From Opitutia bacterium KCR 482 (GTDB lineage Bacteria > Verrucomicrobiota > Verrucomicrobiia > Opitutales > Intestinicryptomonadaceae), in assembly GCA_029269845.2 (NCBI GenBank), contig CP149973.1, positions 150,001 to 182,000 of the forward strand: a DNA stretch of 32,000 nt. Direction: 5' to 3'. This document shows, in pieces, positions 1-7,754 of this stretch. The translations under genes were made by a program, and so were the position numbers. The notes under the pieces were generated by a model that was given only the letters and a program-made list of their open reading frames with translations, was not told the origin of the DNA and ran no database searches. The first letter of the stretch is position 1. Every line of letters begins with the position of its first letter.

Positions 1-324
1 GACGCTGTTTTGCGGACAGTAGTCGTCGGCGTTGTAGGCGGAAGGGTCTGTCGTAGCTTTGAGGGTTGCCGACGGCAGGATTTCAAGACCTACGTTGTCT
101 TTAAGGTAAATCGTGCCCGAAATGAATTTTCCGCCTTCGAGCCTTACGATGCCGCCGCCGTCTTTCGCCGCGGCGTCAACCGCTTTTTGTATCGCCGAAG
201 TGTCGATTGAAACGCCGTCGCCTTTCGCGCCGAAATTTCTGCAATTATAGATTCCGCCCGCCGCGAAAACCGAGTTCGCTGCAAAGGCAAAGAGGCAAAG
301 CCCGATAAATTTGCCGTACGCCAT
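1..324 (-). CDS. Secreted pectate-lyase-fold / glycoside hydrolase family 28-like protein, N-terminal 108 aa only (gene runs off the left edge)
   Basis: Own translation of the reverse strand from ATG (rc of 322-324) is open to position 1: MAYGKFIGLCLFAFAANSVFA/AGGIYNCRNFGAKGDGVSIDTSAIQKAVDAAAKDGGGIVRLEGGKFISGTIYLKDNVGLEILPSATLKATTDPSAYNADDYCPQNSV. It has a signal peptide followed by the FGAKGDG..D.T.AIQ.A....G..V..P.G.Y opening typical of beta-helix polygalacturonase-like proteins. Absent from the ORF track because it is truncated. Confidence 0.75.
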   Translation of the reverse strand, partial: MAYGKFIGLCLFAFAANSVFAAGGIYNCRNFGAKGDGVSIDTSAIQKAVDAAAKDGGGIVRLEGGKFISGTIYLKDNVGLEILPSATLKATTDPSAYNADDYCPQNSV

Positions 325-388
325 AAAGCTATCCAAACGTTAAAGGTTTTGTTTTGCGCTCAAAAACAAACAGCGCGGCAATAAAACG

Positions 389-460
389 CACCCCCGAACG
401 GATTCGAACCGTTGTCGCCTGAATGAGGTTCAGGAGTCCTAACCACTAGACGAAGGGGGC
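389..460 (-). tRNA. tRNA-Glu, anticodon CUC (72 nt, no encoded CCA)
   Basis: Reverse complement GCCCCCU-UC-GUCU-AGUGGUUA-GGAC-U-CCUGA-ACCUCAU-UCAGG-CGAC-AACGG-UUCGAAU-CCGUU-CGGGGGU-G folds as a cloverleaf and aligns arm by arm with E. coli and plastid tRNA-Glu as I recall them. Caveats: position 33 is C and pair 7-66 is U.C (see findings). Confidence 0.8.
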
Positions 461-480
461 AGTTTCAATTTAAAGTTCGT

Positions 481-510
481 ATTATCTTCGACGTTCCCGC
501 AGTTTGTCAA
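481..510 (-). promoter_or_regulatory. Sigma70-like promoter for the tRNA: TTGACA - 18 nt - GATAAT
   Basis: On the minus strand, TTGACA (rc of 505-510) and GATAAT (rc of 481-486) are separated by 18 nt. The -10 element lies about 20 nt upstream of tRNA position 1 (460). Confidence 0.45.
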
Positions 511-613
511 GCGTTTTTGTGCGCCGAATGCATTTTGGTGCGCATTCGGACGGATATTTTCACAAAAAACTTGAACGCCGTTCCGACGCGCTATTTTCTG
601 TGTCTGTTATAAA

Positions 614-1435
614 GTGGAAAAACAAAAAGACAGTTCGTGGCTCGATTCGTTTGCGTGGCTGTGCGCGGCGGCGGCGTTTTCGCCCGCGGCGTACTGGCTG
701 TATCTTGCGCTGTCGAAAAGCGGGCAGCTGCGCGACGCGGTCGTAGTGCTTGCGACTGCTCTTGCGGTGCTTGCAATAGAATACAAAATACGCCCGCACA
801 AGCCCGCGTTTTCGGGCGACTCGGCTTGCTGGCTTGCGGGCGGCTACGCGGCGATTTTCTCCGCAAAATATTTCGGGGCGGCTGGGGCGATTGTGTCGCT
901 TGCGGGTTTTTGCGCGGCGATTGTAGCCCTCGGTCTTGCGTGTTTCGACAGGCGCAGGTACGTCTACGCGGGCGGCGGCGCGTTTTTCGTCTTCGTGCTG
1001 CTTTCGTTTTTCCTAAGGGCGTTCGACCTGCCGCTGCGGATTCTGGCGGGCAGGCTTTCGGCGCGGATTCTCTCGCTTTTCAACGATTCCGTAGCGCTGG
1101 TTTCCTACGGCGGAGAGTCGGCGCAGATAGGTCTGCGGGCGGGCGGCAGAAGCTACCTTGTGGCGACGGAATGCAACGGCTTCGGGATAATCGCAGGTTG
1201 CGTGCTTTTGTCGGTAGTCTGCGCGATTTTCGCAAAAAACGTTTCCGTCTGGAAGCGCGTCGGGGCGGTCGCGCTTGCGGGGATTTTTGCTTATTTGGTA
1301 AATTCGCTCAGAATCGTCGCGATAGTTTCGCTTGCGCCGTTCGTTTCCGACTACCATTTCATGCACGAAACCGTGGGCTACATATTTTTTGCGTCCGCGC
1401 TGCTTGCCGTATGGACGTTCTCGCGCAAGTTGTAG
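614..1435 (+). CDS. Exosortase/archaeosortase family transmembrane transpeptidase (273 aa, GTG start)
   Basis: Polytopic membrane protein. It carries the Cys-Arg-His pattern of exosortases in the right order and spacing: LVATECNGFGII (Cys), YLVNSLRIVAIV (Arg), YHFMHETVGYIFF (His). Confidence 0.8.
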   Translation: MEKQKDSSWLDSFAWLCAAAAFSPAAYWLYLALSKSGQLRDAVVVLATALAVLAIEYKIRPHKPAFSGDSACWLAGGYAAIFSAKYFGAAGAIVSLAGFCAAIVALGLACFDRRRYVYAGGGAFFVFVLLSFFLRAFDLPLRILAGRLSARILSLFNDSVALVSYGGESAQIGLRAGGRSYLVATECNGFGIIAGCVLLSVVCAIFAKNVSVWKRVGAVALAGIFAYLVNSLRIVAIVSLAPFVSDYHFMHETVGYIFFASALLAVWTFSRKL

Positions 1436-1546
1436 AAAGGGGGGAGGGGCGTTTTTTGCGTCAAATATTTGTTGATATTTGCGCCTTGTTGTATTGATAT
1501 TTCCGCCGACAAATAATCGGAGCTTTGTCCGCAAACCTTATAAAAT

Positions 1547-3868
1547 ATGGACTCCCATTCCTCGACCCTTTTATTGAAAGACTTGGCGATAATCGTAGTT
1601 TCGGCGACGGTTTCGATGCGCATCTTTTCGATGCTGAAACTCCCGCTGCTGCTGGGGTTCATAATCGTAGGCATTCTGCTTGCGCCCGTCAGCGGGCTGA
1701 TTTCCTCCGCGGGCGACATCGCAGAACTCGGCGAACTCGGCGTGATGTTCATGATGTTTTTTGTCGGCATGGAGTTCAACCTCGAACGCCTGAAAAAGGT
1801 TTTTGCGCCGAGCGTCTTGGGCATCGCGTTCCAAATCGGAGCGATGGGCGTGCTCGGCATGATTGCGGCGGGGCTGATGGGGCTTTCGAAAATCGACGGC
1901 GTGTTTTTGGGCGGCGTGCTGGCGATGAGCTCGACAATCGTAATCGTCGAAATTTTCACCCAAAAGCGCGACCTCTCCAAGCTGTACGCGCAAATCGCGA
2001 TAGGCATTCTCATTATAGAGGATATTTTTGCTGTGTTTTTGCTCGTCGTGCTTTCGGGACTGTCGTCGGGCACGCTACCGTCGGGAATGGAGCTGCTACG
2101 CTCGACCATCGCGTTGCTAAGCTTCATGATAACGATTTTCGTTGCGGGCAAGCTGTTTATTCCCAAGTTGCTGCGCAAATTCGCCGTCAGCGGAAACCAG
2201 CAGGAGATGATAATGCTCATTTTCTGCCTGATTATGGGCTTGGGCGAACTTGCCGAGCTTTCGAATTTGTCGCTTTCGCTCGGCGCGTTCATGGCGGGTT
2301 CGATTATATCGGGTTCGGACGTTTCGCGGCGGGTTGAGCACATTACCGACCCGTTCAGAAACCTGTTCGTTGCGCTGTTTTTTGTGTCGATTGGCACTCA
2401 GATTAACCCGCATTTGATTCTCGAACTCTGGTTGCCGATTGTCCTGATTTCCGTCTGCGTAATCGTGTTCCAGACTCTCGCGTGCTTCTGCGGAATAGTG
2501 CTCGGCGGCGTGAGGTGCCGCGACGCTTATTTGGCGGCAATCAACAAGGCGCAAATCGGCGAATTCAGCTTTGTCATCGCGGGCTTGGGGATTTCGAGCG
2601 GCGTGATGGATTCTTCGATTATGGCGATTGCCATGGGGGTGTCGTTCCTGACGGTGTTTTTGAACCCGCTTGTGGCGGGGCAGTCGGAGCGCGTCATGAG
2701 GGCGGCGCATGCCGTCGCGCCGAAGAAGTTTCTCGACTTTTTGGAGGTTTACAGGCGTTCGGTCGGCTCGCTTTCGAAATCGACTTCGGGCAATTCGAAG
2801 CTTGCGGCGTTTCTGCCGAACATCGGCGCGATATTCGTCTACACGCTCATGTTCAGCGCGTTGATGTTTGTTGCCGCGCACTTTGCCGACATCGTAAAAA
2901 GCGAGGACACTCCGTATCCCGACTGGATTGCGTTCGGAATCTGGGTGGCGGCGGCGGCGTTGTCGGTGCCGATGCTCGCGGGCATTTTGAAGTCGTCGAG
3001 CGCGTGCGCGGCGAAAATCGTCGACGGCGTGGACGCGCACTACGGGCTTGCGTCGGGCGCGGGCGGCAAACTCCACGCGCTTTTGCGCGGCGTGTTTTCG
3101 GCGTTTATCATGCTTGCGTTCGCCGTGGTGTACTTTGCGTTTGTGTTCAATTTTCTGCCAATCGGCAACGCCCTCGCGCTCTTCGGCGGGACGGTCGCGC
3201 TGATGGCTTTGTTCTTCCGCAAAATGATGTCGAATTTCAGGCATTCGATGGAGGGCAAGTTTGCGACGGTTTTGAAGCGGCATCTTGAAAACGCCGAGCA
3301 CAACAAGCGCGAGCTGTTAATCGACAACGTTCGCGCAAGCCACAACTGGGCGAAGAGCGTCTCGGAGGTCGAAATCGGCGAATTTTCCGACGCCGCGGGC
3401 AAGACCGTCGGCGAGCTTGCCGTAAGGCGTCGGACGGGCGCGGAAATTGCGGCGGTCAAGCGCGGCGCGTTCTCGATTTACGACATTGCCGCCGACACCC
3501 GCCTTTATCCCGACGACATCGTGATTCTCTGCGGCGCGGAAAGCCAGCTTGTCGAGGCTGAGAAAATCCTCACGCGCCCCGCGGAAATTTCCGGCGACAT
3601 TTCCGAAAATTCGGGAGGCGCGGCGCGGCTTGCCGATTTTGAAGTGTCGGAAAAATCGGGGCTTGTCGGCAAAAATCTGCGCGAGCTTGCCTTGCCCAAG
3701 AATTTCGGAATAAAGGTGATGGGCGTTTTATGCGAGGGCGACGTAGAGTCTACACAGCCCGATCCCAACAGGGCGTTTGTAGCGGGCGACAGGCTTCTTT
3801 GCATGGGCACAAGCGCCGCGTTCAACCGCATTGCCCACGAGCTTAAACTTGCCGAAATTGCAGAATAG
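1547..3868 (+). CDS. Cation:proton antiporter (CPA2 / Kef-type Na_H_exchanger domain) with extra TM segments and two C-terminal TrkA-C (RCK_C) domains
   Basis: N-terminus LLLKDLAIIVVSATVSMRIFSMLKLPLLLGFIIVGILLAP and GELGVMFMMFFVGMEFN are typical of CPA2. The C-terminus has two repeats of the TrkA-C pattern: EVEIGEFSDAAGKTVGEL..GAEIAAVKRG..DDIVILCGAESQL and DFEVSEKSGLVGKNLRELALPKNFGIKVMGV..GDRLLCMGTSAAF. Confidence 0.85.
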   Translation: MDSHSSTLLLKDLAIIVVSATVSMRIFSMLKLPLLLGFIIVGILLAPVSGLISSAGDIAELGELGVMFMMFFVGMEFNLERLKKVFAPSVLGIAFQIGAMGVLGMIAAGLMGLSKIDGVFLGGVLAMSSTIVIVEIFTQKRDLSKLYAQIAIGILIIEDIFAVFLLVVLSGLSSGTLPSGMELLRSTIALLSFMITIFVAGKLFIPKLLRKFAVSGNQQEMIMLIFCLIMGLGELAELSNLSLSLGAFMAGSIISGSDVSRRVEHITDPFRNLFVALFFVSIGTQINPHLILELWLPIVLISVCVIVFQTLACFCGIVLGGVRCRDAYLAAINKAQIGEFSFVIAGLGISSGVMDSSIMAIAMGVSFLTVFLNPLVAGQSERVMRAAHAVAPKKFLDFLEVYRRSVGSLSKSTSGNSKLAAFLPNIGAIFVYTLMFSALMFVAAHFADIVKSEDTPYPDWIAFGIWVAAAALSVPMLAGILKSSSACAAKIVDGVDAHYGLASGAGGKLHALLRGVFSAFIMLAFAVVYFAFVFNFLPIGNALALFGGTVALMALFFRKMMSNFRHSMEGKFATVLKRHLENAEHNKRELLIDNVRASHNWAKSVSEVEIGEFSDAAGKTVGELAVRRRTGAEIAAVKRGAFSIYDIAADTRLYPDDIVILCGAESQLVEAEKILTRPAEISGDISENSGGAARLADFEVSEKSGLVGKNLRELALPKNFGIKVMGVLCEGDVESTQPDPNRAFVAGDRLLCMGTSAAFNRIAHELKLAEIAE

Positions 3869-3869
3869 G

Positions 3870-3899
3870 GCGCAACGCCCCCGCGCGGATTGCGTTTTG
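3870..3899 (+). terminator. Candidate intrinsic terminator of the antiporter gene
   Basis: Directly after the stop codon: CGCAACGC-CCCC-GCG(cgga)TTGCG followed by TTTT. The stem is imperfect, with a 4-nt bulge. Confidence 0.35.
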
Positions 3900-3958
3900 C
3901 CGATTTCTGCGCGAGCCGCGCAAAATAGGAAGCTTGCCGGAGCGCAACGCCCGCGCGG
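3870..3958. repeat. Two direct copies of a GC-rich hairpin-forming element GCGCAACGCCC(CC)GCGCGG
   Basis: Copy 1 at 3870-3888 (gcgcaacgcccccgcgcgg) and copy 2 at 3942-3958 (gcgcaacgcccgcgcgg). Each is embedded in its own stem: CGCAA..TTGCG, and AGCGCAA(3941-3947)/TTGCGCT(3963-3969). They lie in the 99-bp spacer between convergent genes. Confidence 0.4.
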
Positions 3959-3967
3959 CGGCTTGCG

Positions 3968-4501
3968 CTAAGGGGTCTTTTTAGGCTCTTTCCAGAGGAC
4001 TGTTTCGCCGAGGGCAAGCGTCTTTTTCAAGTCTATTATCCGCTGGTTTGACGAGCCTCTGTACGCAAGCGAGATGTCTTTGAGACTTTCGACAAACGGA
4101 CCGTCAACCAAAATGTCGATGTTCGCAAGAAGTTCGTCGGTCGCCTCGCAATGCGCTCGCCCCGCGAGAATGTCGCGTTCAAGCACGCAGCCGCTGTACG
4201 CCCAAATCGTTTTTTGCGGAAACGCCTTTTTTACGCGCCTTACAAGCGGCAGAAGGGCGCGTTGGTTTTCGGGTTCAAACGGCTCGCCTCCGAGCAGCGA
4301 AAGCCCCGTCAAATGGGGCGGTTCGAGCAGTTTCAGGATTTTCTCCGCCGCGTTTTCGTCGAAAGGCTTTCCGTAGGAGAAATCCCAAGTTTTCGGGTTG
4401 AAGCAACATCTGCAATGGTTGCGGCAACCCGACACGAACAACGAAACCCTGATACCCTCGCCGTTTGCGATGTCGAGTGGTTTAATTTCGCCGTAGTTCA
4501 T
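3968..4501 (-). CDS. nrdG: Anaerobic ribonucleoside-triphosphate reductase activating protein (radical SAM)
   Basis: MNYGEIKPLDIANGEGIRVSLFVSGCRNHCRCCFNP... carries the NrdG-type CxxxCxxC cluster right after the DxxNGxG motif. It is 177 aa and lies 24 nt downstream of nrdD. Confidence 0.9.
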   Translation of the reverse strand: MNYGEIKPLDIANGEGIRVSLFVSGCRNHCRCCFNPKTWDFSYGKPFDENAAEKILKLLEPPHLTGLSLLGGEPFEPENQRALLPLVRRVKKAFPQKTIWAYSGCVLERDILAGRAHCEATDELLANIDILVDGPFVESLKDISLAYRGSSNQRIIDLKKTLALGETVLWKEPKKTP

Positions 4502-4525
4502 TGCGGAAAGCCCTGCGCCGCGCCC

Positions 4526-6703
4526 TTAGAGGTGCAGGACGCGCTCGCGGATTTCCTGCGTGCGTCCCTGATTCCAGAACTGCGTGCCGATATATCCGCA
4601 TGTGCGGCGGGCGACGTTCATTTTGCTTTCGTCGGTATTGCCGCATTTGGGGCAACGCCAGATAAGCTTGCCGTCTTCGTCCTTGACGATTTCTATTTCG
4701 CCGTCGAAGCCGCAGACTTGGCAGTAGTCGCTCTTTGTGTTCAGCTCCGCATACATGATGTTGTCGTAGATATATCTTATGACAAGCAGTACGGCGGGAA
4801 TGTTGTTTTGCATGTTCGGCACTTCGACATAGCTGATTGCCCCTCCCGGCGAAAGCGTCTGGAACTTTGATTCGAGCGAAAGTTTCGCGAACGCGTCTAT
4901 TGGTTCGGTTACATGCACATGGTAGCTGTTTGTGATGTAGTTTTTGTCGCTGACGCCTTCGATTACGCCGAAGCGGCGTTGGAGTGCCTTTGCAAATTTG
5001 TATGTGGTGCTTTCAAGCGGCGTGCCGTAGAGAGAGTAGTCTATATTTTCGGCTTCCCTCCACTTTTTAGTGTACTCGTTGAGCTTGCGCATGATTTCCA
5101 AGCCGAGGGCTTCGCCTTCGGGGTCGGTGAGCTTCTTTTTGATGAGGCTGAACACGCATTCCCAAAGCCCCGCGTAGCCGAGCGAGAGCGTCGAGTAGCC
5201 GCCGTGCAGGTACTTGTCTATCTTCTCTCCCTTTTTCAGGCGCAAAAGCGCGCCGTGTTGCCAAAGGATAGGTGCGGCGTCGGAAAGCGTTCCGCTGAGT
5301 CGTTCGTGGCGGCATTGGAGCGCGCGATGGCAGAGATCCATGCGTTCGTCGAAAATCCGCCAGAAAGCGTCCATGTCGCCTTTTGCCGAAAGCCCGATGT
5401 CGGGCAGGTTGACGGTGACCACCCCCTGGTTGAAGCGTCCGTAGTATTTCGGCTTGCCGTTTTCGTCGACGTAGGGCGTGAGGAAACTGCGGCAGCCCAT
5501 GCAGGTGTAGCAGTGCCCCTCGCCGTTCTTGTCGATTTTGTTGCGGAGCATGATTTTCTCCGAAATGTAGTCGGGCACGAGGCGTTTTGCAGTGCATTTT
5601 GCCGCAAGCTCTGTGAGGTAGTAGTAGGGCGAATCGGGGTTGATGTTGTCCTCTTCGAGAACGTAGATAAGCTTGGGGAACGCGGGCGTGATGTATGTGC
5701 CAGCTTCGTTCTTGACGCCCTGATAACGCTGTTTTAGAACCTCCTCTATGATTATCGCCAAGTCCGCCTTTTCGCGTTCGTTGCGGGCTTCGCCGAGGTA
5801 CATGAAGACCGTCACAAACGGCGCCTGTCCGTTTGTTGTCATCAGTGTTACAACCTGATACTGGATTGTCTGCACGCCGCGCGCAACTTCCTCGCGCACG
5901 CGCTGTTCGAGAATTTTCGAAAGGTGCTTTTCCGAAACTTTTGCACCCGTTTCCGCGAACTCCTCTTCAAGCTCCTTTCGGATTCTTTCGCGCGAGACTT
6001 CCACAAACGGCGCAAGGTGCGTGAGCGTAATGCTCTGCCCGCCGTACTGGTTGCTTGCCACCTGCGCGATAATCTGCGTTGCGATATTGCACGCCGTCGA
6101 AAAACTGCGCGGCCTGTCAATCATCGTGCCCGAAATTACCGTGCCGTTTTGGAGCATGTCTTCGAGGTTCACGAGGTCGCAGTTGTGCATGTGCTGCGCA
6201 AAGTAGTCCATGTCGTGGAAGTGGATAATCCCCGAATTGTGCGCTTCGACGATATCCTGCGGCAGAAGGATTCTCGACGCGATGTCCTTGGAGACTTCGC
6301 CCGCCATGTAGTCGCGCTGTACGCTGTTGATGGTGGGGTTCTTGTTGGAGTTCTCCTGCTTGATGTCCTCGTTGTTGCATTCGATGAGCGTGAGAATGCG
6401 CTCGTCGGTGCTGTTGGAGCGGCGGACGAGACTGCGGACGTAGCGGTAGGTGATGTATTTTTTCGCCACTTCGAACGCGCCCGCCTTCATAATGCGCGTT
6501 TCCACGATGTCCTGAATTTCCTCGACGGTCAAGGCTCTGTCTCGGGCGGCTGCGATGCCTTCGATGAAGTCTGCAATTTCCCTGATTTGTTCCGATGTGA
6601 GCGCCGAGTTGAAGTCTACCGTCTGGTTCGCCTTTGTGATGGCGTTTACGATTTTGTTGACGTCGAACACGGCCTCCGCGCCGCTTCTCTTTAAGATTTT
6701 CAT
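4526..6703 (-). CDS. nrdD: Anaerobic ribonucleoside-triphosphate reductase (class III RNR)
   Basis: 725 aa. N-terminal ATP-cone (MKILKRSGAEAVFDVNKIVNAITKA), C-terminal Zn-ribbon (CQVCGFDGE...WRCPKCGN) and the glycyl-radical motif RRTCGYIG. SD-like AAGGAA lies upstream of the ATG. Confidence 0.95.
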   Translation of the reverse strand: MKILKRSGAEAVFDVNKIVNAITKANQTVDFNSALTSEQIREIADFIEGIAAARDRALTVEEIQDIVETRIMKAGAFEVAKKYITYRYVRSLVRRSNSTDERILTLIECNNEDIKQENSNKNPTINSVQRDYMAGEVSKDIASRILLPQDIVEAHNSGIIHFHDMDYFAQHMHNCDLVNLEDMLQNGTVISGTMIDRPRSFSTACNIATQIIAQVASNQYGGQSITLTHLAPFVEVSRERIRKELEEEFAETGAKVSEKHLSKILEQRVREEVARGVQTIQYQVVTLMTTNGQAPFVTVFMYLGEARNEREKADLAIIIEEVLKQRYQGVKNEAGTYITPAFPKLIYVLEEDNINPDSPYYYLTELAAKCTAKRLVPDYISEKIMLRNKIDKNGEGHCYTCMGCRSFLTPYVDENGKPKYYGRFNQGVVTVNLPDIGLSAKGDMDAFWRIFDERMDLCHRALQCRHERLSGTLSDAAPILWQHGALLRLKKGEKIDKYLHGGYSTLSLGYAGLWECVFSLIKKKLTDPEGEALGLEIMRKLNEYTKKWREAENIDYSLYGTPLESTTYKFAKALQRRFGVIEGVSDKNYITNSYHVHVTEPIDAFAKLSLESKFQTLSPGGAISYVEVPNMQNNIPAVLLVIRYIYDNIMYAELNTKSDYCQVCGFDGEIEIVKDEDGKLIWRCPKCGNTDESKMNVARRTCGYIGTQFWNQGRTQEIRERVLHL

Positions 6704-7088
6704 TTTTATTCCTTGTTGGTTGGTAGCTTGTCGGTTGTGTCCGCGCGTTTTTGCGCGCGGGGTTCAATGGGTGTTTTCCGTTCGGCAAAAGCCCGCTTTG
6801 TCGGAAATTTTTTCGGCGCGTTCGACGCGTTTTTTTTCGATTCCCGTATTTTTTGAAGTCCATTCAAAGCAAATAGGGAACACACGCAAGCGATTTTTTT
6901 AAGTTTTTTGCAATGCTTTGAATATCCGCCTATTATTTGCTTTTATTTGAACGGCTTTACATTATCCGAAAGCGGCGTTTTTTTTACGCCGAAAGCGCAA
7001 ACTCCGCAGTCGAATTTACTTCCGCCCGCTTTTTGAAAAACGGCGGGGTTTTGGGACGCATTTGCGCCCGCGCGGACGCCCGAAAATG

Positions 7089-7754
7089 CTATGGTCCGAG
7101 GAACTCGGCGACCAGCTCTTTTACCGCAATTTCGGTGTCGGGCGCGACCAAAACGTCGGAGACTGCCACAATGCGTTCCGCGCCCGCCGACCTTACCGCC
7201 CGCGCCGTTTTTTTGTTCACGCCGCCGATTGCAAACCACGGCAGAAAGGATTTTTTGCCCGCAACGTATTCCACAAGCCCAAGCCCGACGGGTTTGCGCC
7301 CCGGCTTTGTGTTTGTGGCGTAGACGGGGCCCACCGCGAAATAGTCGAGAATGACGCGCAGTTCGTCGGCGGCGTCCGCCTGTTCGGGCGAGTGGGTTGA
7401 AAGTCCGAGAACGCGGTTTTTGCCTATGAGTTTGCGGGCTTCGCGCGGGGGCATGTCGTCCTGCCCGACGTGCAGACCCGCGTTGGGAATGAGCCGGCAG
7501 ATTTCGGCGGCGAGTTCGGGGGAGTCGTTAATAATGAAAAACGGGGCGTTTGCGGTCTTGAAAAGCGGGAGGATTTCAAGCGCAAGTTCGCGCTTTTCCG
7601 CCTCGCTCTCCTTTTTTGCCCTCAGTTGGACGATTTTCGCGCCCGACGCCAGCAGTTGGCGGCATTTTTCGAAAATGTTTTCCCGCGCGACGTAGCCCGT
7701 GTCGAGGATTCCGTAAAAAGTCGCGTTCCTCAGTTGGTCGGAAAGCTCTGCCAT
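7089..7754 (-). CDS. thiE: Thiamine-phosphate synthase
   Basis: 221 aa. The motifs YGILD, IVQLRAK, FIINDSPELA, GLHVGQDD, LGLSTHS, DYFAVGPVYATNTK and WFAIGGV match the ThiE pattern. Confidence 0.9.
   Translation of the reverse strand: MAELSDQLRNATFYGILDTGYVARENIFEKCRQLLASGAKIVQLRAKKESEAEKRELALEILPLFKTANAPFFIINDSPELAAEICRLIPNAGLHVGQDDMPPREARKLIGKNRVLGLSTHSPEQADAADELRVILDYFAVGPVYATNTKPGRKPVGLGLVEYVAGKKSFLPWFAIGGVNKKTARAVRSAGAERIVAVSDVLVAPDTEIAVKELVAEFLGP

Noticed and set aside
1436-1460. G-run GGGGGGAGGGGCG after the exosortase stop, considered as a G-quadruplex or terminator
   Set aside because: There are only two or three G-tracts and no complementary C-tract, so it forms neither a four-tract quadruplex nor a hairpin.
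6704-7088. NrdR boxes or an FNR site upstream of nrdD
   Set aside because: No 16-bp ACACNATATATNGTGT-like palindromes in tandem, and no TTGAT-N4-ATCAA. Only the unrelated TTCAAAGCA repeats were found (reported as a finding).
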